A stretch of DNA of 64,000 bases from an uncultured Gammaproteobacteria bacterium (GCA_964612215.1 CAZTEW010000001.1:12432-76431); one strand, 5' to 3'. Shown: positions 1 to 9,868, counted from the first letter of the stretch. Made by a program: numbers and translations. Notes: generated by a model from the letters alone, not told the origin.

Positions 1-1243
1 GGGTGTTGGGTTGGGAATAAATTGCCAGAAAAGCCGCCAGCCAGGCTAAAGTACCGATGCTGACCGTTGCCTGGACAATCTTTTTCCACGGCAGCCGGAG
101 TTGTTCCCAAAACCAAGCGCTCCAAAGACAAAAAAGCGGGTAAAGGGGGAGAAGATAGCGCATGAATTTGACGCTAAATCTGCCGACGACCAAAAAGTAA
201 GCGAGGAAAAAAACCACCAGAATTATTTCTTTGGCCTCGATATCTTCTTCGCCCTTGATTCTCACCCGCCGATAAAGACTCAAGAAATACCAGGCGGTGG
301 CCAAGAAACTCATCGTTCCCAAGGTAATGCCCATGCCCCAAAGATATAAATTTTTGAGGTGATAAAGATAAGGGACAGTATCCACATATTGGAGAGTAAA
401 GGGGAAAGTGAAAGCATCTTTGGTCATTTGGTGTTGAGCCTGGATTTGCTGCCAAAAAGTCGGGAAATCAAGCAGGGCATAGGGTTCGGTTAAAGCAAAA
501 ACAGTGATTGTCGTGAGAAAAACAATCAGGCCGAAGGCAAGTAAAGGCTTAATTATTCTCCAGGTGGCGGTTTTTTTCCTGAAAATAACTAAACTGATTT
601 TCTGCCACCAGCGAGCCGTTTGTTGGCGCCAATATTTGAGAAAAATTAAAACCAGATCAAAAGCAAAAGCAGCGCCGATAGCGCTAACCAAAACTGAGGC
701 GCTGATTTTAGTGGCTAAAGCCAAGCCAAAGCTGATGCCCAGCCAGACAGCTCGCCGCCGGCTTTGTTTTTCATAAAAAAGAATCAATTGGTAAAGAGTC
801 AGGAAGATAAAAAAATTAAGTGGAACATCAACTGCGTAAAAGTGAGAAAGCTGGACCGGCAAGGCGCAAATCGCATAGAGAAAAGCCGCCTTTAACCCGA
901 TTTTTTCGGAAAAAACCCTTTGGCCGATTTTAAAAATCAAGAGCAGGGTTGCCAGGTCAAAAATGACTGATAAAATCCGGCCGACCCAATGCAGGTGGCT
1001 GTAGTGAGCCCACTGAGGACCGAAAATCAGACTGACCAACCAACCGGCAAGTTTTAAAAGATAAAGAGGCAAACTGCCATAAGCAAAAAACTTAGGATTG
1101 AGGTTGCCGGGACGCAAATTCTCCGCCACCATGATAATCATTCTTTCGTCAGGGTGGAGGTGATAACCCTGGTCCCAGTTAAGGCCATAGAGGCGGAGAA
1201 TGGCGCCAAATGCCAGAATCATGAATAATGAATTACGAATCAT
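1..1243 (-). CDS. GT-C fold glycosyltransferase (PMT/GT39-like), partial, runs off the left edge
   Basis: Not in the ORF track. Manual translation from ATG at 1243 gives MIRNSLFMILAFGAILRLYGLNWDQGYHLHPDERMIIM..., the same W-x-QG-x-x-x-HPDE motif as the adjacent paralog. Confidence 0.8.
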   Translation of the reverse strand, partial: MIRNSLFMILAFGAILRLYGLNWDQGYHLHPDERMIIMVAENLRPGNLNPKFFAYGSLPLYLLKLAGWLVSLIFGPQWAHYSHLHWVGRILSVIFDLATLLLIFKIGQRVFSEKIGLKAAFLYAICALPVQLSHFYAVDVPLNFFIFLTLYQLILFYEKQSRRRAVWLGISFGLALATKISASVLVSAIGAAFAFDLVLIFLKYWRQQTARWWQKISLVIFRKKTATWRIIKPLLAFGLIVFLTTITVFALTEPYALLDFPTFWQQIQAQHQMTKDAFTFPFTLQYVDTVPYLYHLKNLYLWGMGITLGTMSFLATAWYFLSLYRRVRIKGEEDIEAKEIILVVFFLAYFLVVGRFSVKFMRYLLPLYPLFCLWSAWFWEQLRLPWKKIVQATVSIGTLAWLAAFLAIYSQPNT

Positions 1244-1247
1244 GAAT

Positions 1248-2774
1248 TTAGATTTCGAGAAGACTTTCATAATCACTTTCCGTGAAAAATTGGGTTTTTT
1301 GGTAAATCCTAATGACCGGGTGGTCAAAAACAGACCAGGTTTCTTCAGCCATTTCATCAGGGATTAAAGGATAAGAGCTAAGCTCTTTGATTTTAAGAAA
1401 ACCTAATTGATTAGCGAAGAGCAAATCATAAAAGCGGCTGGTCAGAGGAAACTGGTTTGGCAAGCGCTGGTGGTTGCTGAACATTCTCCGGCTTTGGACG
1501 ATAAAATAGTCAGCTTCAGCTAAGAGACCAGGCAGTTCTTGCCGGAGGCTGGCTTGCTCGTCAAGATGATAAAAATCAAAGCCGACTTTTTTCAAACTGC
1601 CGGTTAGCGGTACTTCCAGCATGTTGCCGGATTCGGTCAGAACGGTTGCTGCCGCCGGCAGATTGGCATTCAGCCAGTCAGTCGCGGTGATTCTGACATC
1701 AGGCCGGAGATAGATAGAGAAAAAGATCAAAGTCCAGAGAAAGTTAGTAAAAAGTAAAAAGTAAAAAGTAAAAAGTAAAAATTTATTTTTTATTTTTTTA
1801 TATAAATAAGCGGTGAAGATGGCGAAAAAGGGAAAGCTGGGAGCAATAAAGCGGGTCCATTTGGCAAAAAGAAAAGCATGGGGTAGAAAAAGGAGCAGAA
1901 AAGCAGCGACAACCAAACGCCAATTCGGATTTCTGATGGCCAGAAAAAAACCGATGGTTCCCAAAAGCAAAACCGCTGGTCCGAGAGCGTAAGGGAGAAT
2001 TTTCTGAAACTGGAAAAGAACAGGCAGGGTGTTAATGAACTGGCGAGTGTAAAAAACTACTGGTTGGCCGCGGCCGACACCAGTTTCATAATTTAAAGAA
2101 TGGGAGAAAGCAGAGTAATCCAGCAGGCTATAAGGGAAAGCGCAAAAGAAAACAAAACCGGCAAGGAAAAGAGGAACGATCACTTTTTCGATTAAAAGAA
2201 AAGGTTTCGTTAAAACGAAAAATAACAAAATTGGTAGCCAAAACAAAACAGTAATTTTGGTAGCCAGAGCCAGACCAAAGCTGGCTGCGGCAAGATAAAG
2301 AAATTTGAGTTTTTTTGTTTTTTGGTACTGCATACCCAAATAAAGAAATAAAAATAGCCAAAAGGTCAAGTTAGATTCTGGGGTGGCAAAATGAGCTTGC
2401 TGGATTAGGCCAGGGAGAGTGGCGCTGAGCGCGGCCGCGAGAAGCGCCTGTTTGGGAAAGAGCCGGCGGGCAATTAAATAAACAAGAATAATCGTTAAAG
2501 TGGAAAAAAGAGCGGCGTAAAAACGGCCAATAATAATAGCGGGTAGCGTGTGGCCGATGGCGGCCAGCAGCAGCTTGGTGAAATAAATGAGATAAACAGT
2601 TAATGAGCCGTAAGAGAAAAGCTCAGGGTTCATCTGGCGGGGAAAAGAGAGTCTTTCAACTGCCGCGGCAAGATGGTATTCGTCCGGATGGAAGAAGTAA
2701 CCCTGACCCCAGTCAAGCTTAAAAAACCTGAAAAAGCCGCTAATCAGAATAATCAAGAGAAGTTTAAACGACAT
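1248..2774 (-). CDS. GT-C fold glycosyltransferase (PMT/GT39-like)
   Basis: LDWGQGYFFHPDE motif after the first TM, many TM helices, C-terminal soluble domain. Confidence 0.8.
   Translation of the reverse strand: MSFKLLLIILISGFFRFFKLDWGQGYFFHPDEYHLAAAVERLSFPRQMNPELFSYGSLTVYLIYFTKLLLAAIGHTLPAIIIGRFYAALFSTLTIILVYLIARRLFPKQALLAAALSATLPGLIQQAHFATPESNLTFWLFLFLYLGMQYQKTKKLKFLYLAAASFGLALATKITVLFWLPILLFFVLTKPFLLIEKVIVPLFLAGFVFFCAFPYSLLDYSAFSHSLNYETGVGRGQPVVFYTRQFINTLPVLFQFQKILPYALGPAVLLLGTIGFFLAIRNPNWRLVVAAFLLLFLPHAFLFAKWTRFIAPSFPFFAIFTAYLYKKIKNKFLLFTFYFLLFTNFLWTLIFFSIYLRPDVRITATDWLNANLPAAATVLTESGNMLEVPLTGSLKKVGFDFYHLDEQASLRQELPGLLAEADYFIVQSRRMFSNHQRLPNQFPLTSRFYDLLFANQLGFLKIKELSSYPLIPDEMAEETWSVFDHPVIRIYQKTQFFTESDYESLLEI
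1747..1781. repeat. (GTAAAAA)x5 heptamer tract inside GT-C gene
   Basis: Perfect period 7; encodes FLLFTFYFLLFT. Confidence 0.9.
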
Positions 2775-3669
2775 AGATAATGAGGATAGTCATTAATCCC
2801 CAGCCCATGACGCTTAAAGAAAGAGGAATGTCACTGGTCAGGAGCTTCTCCGGCCTTTCGCCGGCCTGTTTCTCATAAATCAGCTGGGCGTAACGCATAA
2901 TGCCGAAAATGACAAAAGGAATCGTGGCGGCCATCAACCACTTTCGGCCCAGAGCCTTAGGGAAGTTAATCACTAAAAATTGAGTTAAGGGCTCGCTGAA
3001 TTCAGGCGGTTCAGTGAAAAAGGTAAAAAGAGCATAAGAGACCAAAGCGGCGTTGGCAAAAGTTGAAGTGTAAAAATCAAGCAGTTGGCGGCGGTAGGCT
3101 AACAGCGCCGGTCTGGTTTTGGCGCCTTCCAAAACCAGTTCTGATCGCCGCTTGCCGGAGGCAATAAAAAGAGCCAGAAAAATAGCGGTGAGCATAAGCC
3201 AAATGGGAACATGAAAGCCGGTCAAGGCCTCGCCGACAAAAATGCGGATGATAAAAGAACTGGCAATGATTAAGATATCAACGACGGCAAATTTTTTTAA
3301 GAAAGAAGAATAAAGAAGGTGCAGGCTGATAAAAAGAAGGCCGAGGAGAAAAACGCTGATGCCTAAAAGCAAGCTGATAATCAAGCCGCTGATCGCCAGA
3401 AAAACAGCTAGCTGAATAGCAGTCTGAGGCTTTATTTTGCCGCTCGCCAGCGGCCGGTGTTTTTTTTGAGGATGGCGTTGGTCATAAGGCAGATCGATTA
3501 AGTCATTAAAAAGATAAGAAGCAGAAGAAAGTAGGCAAAAGACGCCGAACCCGCAAAGACAGCGGAGGAAAATTTCCGGGTTAAGCAGCTGGCCGGTAAA
3601 AATAATGGCGGTAAAAACCAGCGCGTTCTTAATCCACTGACCCGGTCTCAGAGAAGTGATTATAAACAT
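2764..3669 (-). CDS. UbiA-family prenyltransferase, decaprenyl-phosphate phosphoribosyltransferase-like
   Basis: RPGQWIKN, YLFNDLIDLPYDQRHPQKKHRPLASG and GKRRSEL motifs. Confidence 0.85.
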   Translation of the reverse strand: MFIITSLRPGQWIKNALVFTAIIFTGQLLNPEIFLRCLCGFGVFCLLSSASYLFNDLIDLPYDQRHPQKKHRPLASGKIKPQTAIQLAVFLAISGLIISLLLGISVFLLGLLFISLHLLYSSFLKKFAVVDILIIASSFIIRIFVGEALTGFHVPIWLMLTAIFLALFIASGKRRSELVLEGAKTRPALLAYRRQLLDFYTSTFANAALVSYALFTFFTEPPEFSEPLTQFLVINFPKALGRKWLMAATIPFVIFGIMRYAQLIYEKQAGERPEKLLTSDIPLSLSVMGWGLMTILIIYVV

Positions 3670-3734
3670 TATAAAGATTATAAGAGCTTGCTCGCTTCGC
3701 TGTGCTTCCTCTTGTAATTCTCCTTACAGTCAAA

Positions 3735-4958
3735 TTATAACTCGCTTGCGACCTTTTTGCCAATTTCAATCGCATAATTAACGCCTCGATCCCAAGGATA
3801 AATTAAGGACTGGTTAGCCAGAGAGACATTTTTCAGCGGGGTTTTCATCCCTGGCATGATTTTTGAATAATTAATGGGTATGACCGGTTGAGCATAAAGA
3901 TTAGCGAACAGCGAACAGCGAACAGCGAACAGCCTGGGGTTGATTTTTTTCAAATAGGGGAGAAACTCTTTGAGAACTTCATCTTTTTTCATCTTAAAGT
4001 AGCGGTGGTTTTGCGGATAATAGCCGCCAACATAAAGAAGACGGCAGTGATGATAGTACTGCCGATTGATGAAGTTGGTGTGTTCGACTACGGCCACAAA
4101 AGGAAAACCAGGTTCGTTAATATTGAGCCAGTAAGTATTGTCAGTTAAGAACTTTTCTCTAAGAGTTAAAACTAAAACTACGGCGCCGACAAATTTTAAA
4201 GATTGGAGACGGCGACGGTAATCAACTGGCAAATGAGGGGCGATTTTTAGAAATTCCGGCGTCGGCACCGTGACGATGATAGCATCAAAACCCTTTAACT
4301 CACCGAGTTTTTTTATGGTTGTACTTGTCAAAATTTGGCCACCGCTGGCTTTGATTTCCTCAGCCAGGCGGTCAATTAAAACCTGAAAACCGCCTTTTAA
4401 GTAGCCTAATTGTGAACTTCTTTTTTTGATTCTGGCCCAAAACCAAGACATGGCGATTTCATCGGCAAAAGAGCCGAACTTGCTTTGCAGCAGCGGCTGC
4501 CAAAGGGTTTGATAGACGGCTTGGCCGTAATATTTGCGCAGCCATTTTTCCGCCGTGACTTCTTCAAAAGACAGCGCTTTGCTGGCTTTAAGCCAAGCCG
4601 TCGCTAAACCCGCGCGGATTTTTTCCGGCCAGGAAAGGTGTGGAAAAGTCATTAGCGCTAATGGCGAATCAAAGGCAGAAATCCGGTTACTTCGGAAAAT
4701 AGAAGTTTTCGGCTGGTAATAGTGAAGCTGGTTTTGAAGATTAAGTTCGCTGATTAAATTTTGGACATGATGATCAGAAGTGAAAAGGTGGTGATAGAAA
4801 CGTTCTAATGACCATTGCCAGTTTTTTTCTCGAAACCCAGCCGCCAGGCCGCCTAAATAGCCTTCTTTTTCAAAAACAGAAACAGCCTGTCCCTTTTTGG
4901 CCAATTCGTAAGCTGCGGTTAGGCCGGTAATGCCAGCGCCAATAACAGCAATCTTCAT
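3735..4958 (-). CDS. FAD-dependent oxidoreductase (amine oxidase/HemY-like)
   Basis: N-terminal GAGITGLTAA Rossmann motif, E-x-x-x-x-LGG, FYHH. Confidence 0.8.
   Translation of the reverse strand: MKIAVIGAGITGLTAAYELAKKGQAVSVFEKEGYLGGLAAGFREKNWQWSLERFYHHLFTSDHHVQNLISELNLQNQLHYYQPKTSIFRSNRISAFDSPLALMTFPHLSWPEKIRAGLATAWLKASKALSFEEVTAEKWLRKYYGQAVYQTLWQPLLQSKFGSFADEIAMSWFWARIKKRSSQLGYLKGGFQVLIDRLAEEIKASGGQILTSTTIKKLGELKGFDAIIVTVPTPEFLKIAPHLPVDYRRRLQSLKFVGAVVLVLTLREKFLTDNTYWLNINEPGFPFVAVVEHTNFINRQYYHHCRLLYVGGYYPQNHRYFKMKKDEVLKEFLPYLKKINPRLFAVRCSLFANLYAQPVIPINYSKIMPGMKTPLKNVSLANQSLIYPWDRGVNYAIEIGKKVASEL
3903..3933. repeat. (AGCGAAC)x4.4 heptamer tract inside oxidoreductase gene
   Basis: Perfect period 7; encodes LFAVRCSLFA. 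Confidence 0.9.
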
Positions 4959-4970
4959 AATTAATAATTA

Positions 4971-5447
4971 TCACAGAGCAAAGAGCAATCCGAGGATGAC
5001 GAGTGCGCCGCCAGCCAGAGCGGTGAGCCAGGTGGGTAGAGTGATGCCAGCTTCAGGCAGAGGAATCGGCGTCGGTGTTGGTAAGGCGTCTGGAGGAGCA
5101 GGCGGCGGCGTTGGCGTTGAAGTTGGTCCTGGGGTGGGCGTGGAAGTTGGTCCGGGCGTGCCGGTAGGCGTCGGTGTGCCGGTTGGCGTCGGTGTGCCGG
5201 TTGGCGTCGGTGTGGAGACGCCAGCGACATTAAAGCTTAAAGTGCAGGCGGCAACCGGATCCCTTTCGGCGGGTGGTAGTTGGGTGGGTGTGGCGGTCGG
5301 TTCCAGGGCCGGCGCCGGCTGGGGCGCGGTCGGAGCGACCGGCTGCTGGCGGAGCTGGTAGAGCCGCAAGGCAGTTATCACCGCAATCACCGCCAAGATG
5401 ACGGTCGCGCCTAAAATAAAAATTGTCGTCCGGTTTTTCTTTGGCAT
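4971..5447 (-). CDS. Pro/Thr-rich surface protein with N-terminal TM and C-terminal LPEAG + TM
   Basis: TPTPTG repeats; C-terminus LPEAGITLPT followed by a hydrophobic helix. Confidence 0.75.
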   Translation of the reverse strand: MPKKNRTTIFILGATVILAVIAVITALRLYQLRQQPVAPTAPQPAPALEPTATPTQLPPAERDPVAACTLSFNVAGVSTPTPTGTPTPTGTPTPTGTPGPTSTPTPGPTSTPTPPPAPPDALPTPTPIPLPEAGITLPTWLTALAGGALVILGLLFAL

Positions 5448-5451
5448 ATTT

Positions 5452-6843
5452 TTATCTCCAGCCTAGCGAGGGATTTTTTACCATCGCCTCGACCGTATAA
5501 CTACCTGAACTGGGAACTTCATACTGGACATAGAACTTGCCTGATTTTTTGCCGGTCGGTATTTGCCAGCTGCCGGCGTTAAACCGGAAGCGAGCGTCAG
5601 TAATGCCCTGAGGTTCTTCGCAACCGCCAGCGACCGCAAAATAAATTGTCTCGCCGACGCTGATCGTATTGAGATTGGTAATCGGCTGCCAATCCTCATT
5701 AAAAGCCGCCAGGCTGGTACAGCTTAAACTGTATTCTTGACCAGCTTCGCACCCCTCAACACAACCATGATCGCTGTTATGGCAGATGTCAAATCTAATG
5801 TCAGACTGCCAGGCACAATATTGAGGCGGACCATTGGCACTATTAGTATTGCCTCTGGTCCAGACTTCGTCTGGAGTGAGAGTCACTGCTTCGGAAAAAT
5901 CGCCACCGCTACAGAAGCAACTATCATTGTTTTGATGATCACACCAACGAGAAAACCAAACAGCCGTGCCGCTAATTGGCTGGTCAGTATTATTGATGAT
6001 CTTGACGCCGCCTTTATTTGCCTGACATTCTAAAGTGCCGCTGCCGACGCAAGTGCCGCCTTGACATTTGCCGGAAGCGCAATCTGAATCATAAACACAA
6101 CCAGCGTGACTGCCGCAGCTTTTACCACTAGCGCAATTGCCATTATCGACACTGCATGATTCCCAGTGAGCACAATCATTAGGGCCAGAGCAACAACCAG
6201 GTTTGCCAGGTTCTGGTTCAGGTTTACAGACGCTGCAGTTCGGATCATCGGTTTTCATGCATTGCTGGCCTTCGGCACAATCCTTGGTGCCGCTGCAGCA
6301 TTGCGTTCCCGGCGGGCTGGTGGGGCCAGGTGTTAAATCACCAGAACAGGGAGAGTTAGCTGGGTCAGGATTGACTGCTCCGGCGGAACAAGTGTACTGA
6401 TGGGTATCAGCATCACACCAAGTATCTGGCAAATCAATATAATTACAAGCTTGGTCACAGCCCCAGCGGCCGTCGGCATCGCAAGTGCTCCAGCCAGGTT
6501 CATGACCATTACATTTATGTTGGGGATTGTCAGGGTAATTACAGATATTATCGGCCATTTTGCGGACTTCCTGGCGCTGTTTGACTAGGGTCAAAGCCAC
6601 CGGCAGGGAAATGAGAATCAAAGCGATACCGGCAATTGCGGCGGCGACCCGGCCTTTTTTCTTGTTTGCCGCCGGCTTAATTTCCGGAGTTTCTTGGATG
6701 TTCCCCGGCTCTGGCTGTTTGTCAGTTGGCGGTGGCGGTGGCGGTGGCGGTGGTAGCTCAGCTGGCGGCACTGGCTGGCTGGCGGGAGGATTAATACCGG
6801 AAAGAGTTGGCGTTGCTGGCGGATTGGTCGGTTGGTCAGGCAT
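5452..6843 (-). CDS. Cys-rich membrane-anchored extracellular protein
   Basis: Pro-rich N-terminus, single TM, QRQEVRKMA, about 34 Cys including two CCSG-x-x-DC modules. Confidence 0.75.
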   Translation of the reverse strand: MPDQPTNPPATPTLSGINPPASQPVPPAELPPPPPPPPPTDKQPEPGNIQETPEIKPAANKKKGRVAAAIAGIALILISLPVALTLVKQRQEVRKMADNICNYPDNPQHKCNGHEPGWSTCDADGRWGCDQACNYIDLPDTWCDADTHQYTCSAGAVNPDPANSPCSGDLTPGPTSPPGTQCCSGTKDCAEGQQCMKTDDPNCSVCKPEPEPGKPGCCSGPNDCAHWESCSVDNGNCASGKSCGSHAGCVYDSDCASGKCQGGTCVGSGTLECQANKGGVKIINNTDQPISGTAVWFSRWCDHQNNDSCFCSGGDFSEAVTLTPDEVWTRGNTNSANGPPQYCAWQSDIRFDICHNSDHGCVEGCEAGQEYSLSCTSLAAFNEDWQPITNLNTISVGETIYFAVAGGCEEPQGITDARFRFNAGSWQIPTGKKSGKFYVQYEVPSSGSYTVEAMVKNPSLGWR

Positions 6844-8126
6844 TAAGGACTAAATTTAAAGTTTAAAAACAAGCCGCTAAAAATAAGGCTCAATCCCAGT
6901 ATGACAAAGAGAAGAGTGGGTGTCAAGTAGCCTGACTGAGGCACCCCGCTTTCAGTTGACGGCAAAGAAGTTCTTGGAACGCTGGTTGGCGTGGGGCTGG
7001 GGGTTGAAGTTGGCGAAACCTGGCCTGAAGGCGTGGCTGTAAAAGAAGGCAGGTCAGCCTCGCCGGCGGCAAGAATGGTAAATTCGCGGGAAACCGCGGC
7101 GCCGTCAGCGGTAGTAATCGTGATCGTGTGAACACCAGGTTCAAGATTAGCCGGCGGTACCCAGTGCCACTGGCCGTTTTCGTCAATCAAGACTTCGACT
7201 TCGAAGCTGGCTGAAGATTCCAGAATCAGGGTGACGGTTTCACCCTGAAGGCCGGTGCCCTGAAACTCAGGCCTCAAAGTATTTATCCCTTCACCTTCTT
7301 CAGGGTTAAGAATGGTTAACGGACTGATCCCGGGCCGATTGAGATTCAAAGGGTTAAGATTAAAGCCAGAGTTCCGGAATCCGGACGGCTGAGTCGGTTG
7401 AACCAGCGCCGGCCGGCGAAAATCATAAGTCTGGCCGAGAGTGATTTCTGGCACCGGCGAATCGTTTTGGCTGGTGACCAAAACCGTCGCTTCTCCCCAG
7501 CGGCCGGCCTGGACAAAAATTTCCTCGCTAGCGCTAGTACGGTCATAGTCAAAATAGCGAGTCAGGTCAGCGGTTCTGGCCATGCTTAAAGGAATTGTCC
7601 AGTGGCCGTCGGCCTGACTCAAGCCGGAAAGCGGACTGGCGCCAGCCAGGGTTAAATAAACAATCGCTTCCTGGCTAGGAGTGCCATCGGGTTGGAAAAC
7701 CTGGCCGTAGGCGGCGTCAGCCGCCGCTGCGGTCTGAAGATAAGGGCCGGTGGCGACTTCGTAAGGCCGGCCCTGCTGGTCATAGAGTTTCTCACTAGAG
7801 CCAATTTTTAAATAATATTTTGTTTCCGGCTGAAGATTTTCAATTTTTAAATAATGAAGCAAGTTAGTCTGGGTTTGAGTCTGGGTTTGGGTTAGAGAAA
7901 GAGAAGTTCCGTATTTGACAAGACCGACCGTTTCCTGATCAGTGATCCAGGAGACAGTAAAGCTGTTGGCATCAATATTAGTCACTTTAATTTGTTGAGG
8001 GATTGTTTGGGGAGCGGCGCCGAGAAAGCCAGTCCCGCCTTTTCTCAGCAAGAAAAGGCTAGCGGTCACGGCTGTCAGAATTAAAAAAAGGGCCAGGAGA
8101 GTGGGAATTGATTTTTTAGCTTTCAT
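6843..8126 (-). CDS. FN3 + Ig-like domain surface protein with C-terminal VPQSG + TM
   Basis: FN3 signature (VTNIDANSFTVSW...LQPETKYY), Ig-like GQWHWVPPANLEPGVHTI, PT linker. Confidence 0.8.
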   Translation of the reverse strand: MKAKKSIPTLLALFLILTAVTASLFLLRKGGTGFLGAAPQTIPQQIKVTNIDANSFTVSWITDQETVGLVKYGTSLSLTQTQTQTQTNLLHYLKIENLQPETKYYLKIGSSEKLYDQQGRPYEVATGPYLQTAAAADAAYGQVFQPDGTPSQEAIVYLTLAGASPLSGLSQADGHWTIPLSMARTADLTRYFDYDRTSASEEIFVQAGRWGEATVLVTSQNDSPVPEITLGQTYDFRRPALVQPTQPSGFRNSGFNLNPLNLNRPGISPLTILNPEEGEGINTLRPEFQGTGLQGETVTLILESSASFEVEVLIDENGQWHWVPPANLEPGVHTITITTADGAAVSREFTILAAGEADLPSFTATPSGQVSPTSTPSPTPTSVPRTSLPSTESGVPQSGYLTPTLLFVILGLSLIFSGLFLNFKFSP

Positions 8127-8425
8127 TCTTTTCCAGGCTGGCCGCTAGGATTGGCACTAGAGGTTGTTTCGTTAGCTTCTGCGACCGGCCCTAATTCCTC
8201 CAGCCGGCCTAATTCTTCTTCTGAAATCCGAAGACGTTCTTTAAGCTGGTTGATTACCTCTTGATTTAATTTAGGATCCAAGGGCTGCATTTGTTGATCG
8301 AGAATTTCCGGTAGAGTATATCGAGTTAAAGCTCGGTAAACATCAAAGCCTATCCAGACCGCCACGGTCAGTAAAGTGGAAACAGCTAAGCTGATTAAAT
8401 CGCGGTTGATTTTTTTCTTTTTCAT
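8123..8425 (-). CDS. small single-TM hypothetical protein downstream of pilO-like gene
   Basis: ORF with N-terminal TM, overlapping both neighbours by 4 nt. Confidence 0.65.
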   Translation of the reverse strand: MKKKKINRDLISLAVSTLLTVAVWIGFDVYRALTRYTLPEILDQQMQPLDPKLNQEVINQLKERLRISEEELGRLEELGPVAEANETTSSANPSGQPGKE

Positions 8426-9039
8426 GGCAAAGAATAGATTTGAGCCTGAATTGTTAACATAATTGATGTTTCTTCTTCAAGGCCTGACTTTTCTTCAGCA
8501 AAGTCAAAGTTTTTTAAAATTACCAGTCTTTCCAGTTTTTCTAAATCAGTTAAGAATTTTTTTAAATCTTCATAATTGCCAGCGGCGCCAAAATCCACTG
8601 CCAGCGTCAATAGTTCGCTTTTTGGCTCAACAGGCAAGAGATCAGCCTTTTCTAGTTTAAAGCTGATGAGCTGAACGTTGTTTTTATAGGCCAAATATTC
8701 CAGTTGTTTGATGAGCTGAGAAAACTCGCTTTTTTTCGGCAAGGCGGCTTCAATATAGACCAGGTCTGGCTGGACGCGCAAATATTCCTTTTGCGCCAAG
8801 GAAAGAGAATTGATTTTTTGTTCCAGCTTTTGGCTAGCCTCACCCTTATCACGGATTTCCTTGATTAAGCCGCTGATGGTTCTTAAACTCGGCCTAATCG
8901 CGAAAAAGCCGCAAAAAGCGACCGTTAAAAGCGAAACTGCTAAAAAAGTAACATCTTTCACCGCCTGATCTTGATAAAGACCACCCAGGCGATGATAGTA
9001 GCGACGGTATTGGTGGTAAGGCTGTTGGCGATTATTCAT
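8422..9039 (-). CDS. type IV pilus PilO-like protein
   Basis: TM + coiled coil + ALP...QLEYLA...GNYEDLKKFLTDLEKLERL ferredoxin-like pattern. Confidence 0.75.
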   Translation of the reverse strand: MNNRQQPYHQYRRYYHRLGGLYQDQAVKDVTFLAVSLLTVAFCGFFAIRPSLRTISGLIKEIRDKGEASQKLEQKINSLSLAQKEYLRVQPDLVYIEAALPKKSEFSQLIKQLEYLAYKNNVQLISFKLEKADLLPVEPKSELLTLAVDFGAAGNYEDLKKFLTDLEKLERLVILKNFDFAEEKSGLEEETSIMLTIQAQIYSLP

Positions 9040-9607
9040 TTTTGATTCTGTTTAAAGAATCAGCGGCCGGTGTTGCTTCACTGGCGCTGACAGTAAACTC
9101 AATCAGGCCTGATTCTTTTTTCCTGACTTCTTCAAGATTAATTTTTTCTAACTGGAGCTTTTCTTTTAAGCCGGTGAGAAAATGATGAAAGCCGGCATCA
9201 GAAATGGAGGTGGCGCTAATTTGCCAGCCGCCTTTTTCGATTTTTAACTCTGTTAAAACAACGTCCAGGGGAATGATGACCGACAATTGCTGCAGCCGGC
9301 TGGCGGCCGGAATTTGTTCACCGCTTAAGCGGTTGATTTCATTAAGTCTTTGCTGCAGCCGGCGGAAATTGGTTTCTAAGTCTTCTAACGAGCCGACAAT
9401 CGCCTGTTGTTGTTTAATGGTTTCGCTCAAGTCCATCAATTCCCGGTCAAGCTTAAACCGGGAAAGAAAACAAACAATCACGATGAGTTCAGTAGTGATG
9501 ACAATCCAGCGGCCGACAGTCAGGGTCCAATGAAGCAACTTGCCTAAGGAAGTTTGTTCAAAAGTTTTGATAAAAAGCAAATTGATTTCTTTTTTCCAGA
9601 CAGCCAT
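9032..9607 (-). CDS. type IV pilus PilN-like protein
   Basis: INLL motif near N-terminus, TM, coiled coil, IPLDVVLTEL; immediately upstream of the PilO-like gene. Confidence 0.7.
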   Translation of the reverse strand: MAVWKKEINLLFIKTFEQTSLGKLLHWTLTVGRWIVITTELIVIVCFLSRFKLDRELMDLSETIKQQQAIVGSLEDLETNFRRLQQRLNEINRLSGEQIPAASRLQQLSVIIPLDVVLTELKIEKGGWQISATSISDAGFHHFLTGLKEKLQLEKINLEEVRKKESGLIEFTVSASEATPAADSLNRIKNE

Positions 9608-9640
9608 ATATTTTCAGTATAGAAATTTTCCCGGGATTTG

Positions 9641-9868
9641 TCAAAGGGCAGCAAGTTGGCTTTTGCAGCGAGCCGCTTTGTTCTGATGGAGGATGCCTTT
9701 TTTCACCGCCCGGTCAAGCACCGCATAAGCCAATGCCAGGCTTTTTTTGTTTTTCTTAGCCTTAGCTTTTTTAATCGCCATTTTGACCTTGTTTTTAATC
9801 CGGAGATTAACTAATCTACGGCGCTGGTCTTTCCGCAGGGCTTTTTTCGCTGATTGAGTGATAGGCAT
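9641..9868 (-). CDS. rpsT: 30S ribosomal protein S20
   Basis: MPITQSAKKALR...DRAVKKGILHQNKAARCKS. Confidence 0.95.
   Translation of the reverse strand: MPITQSAKKALRKDQRRRLVNLRIKNKVKMAIKKAKAKKNKKSLALAYAVLDRAVKKGILHQNKAARCKSQLAAL

Noticed and set aside
391-415. Weak period-7 pattern in the first GT-C gene
   Set aside because: It encodes FPFTLQY, matching the paralog's FYTRQF motif, so it is probably protein-driven.
5060-5220. CRISPR-like or VNTR array in PT-rich regions (also 11940-12120 and 15200-15340)
   Set aside because: Codon-phased repeats explained by Pro/Thr linkers; no constant repeat-spacer structure and no cas genes.
7868-7892. QTQTQTQT repeat in the FN3 protein
   Set aside because: Period-6 codon-level slippage, not clearly part of the period-7 family.
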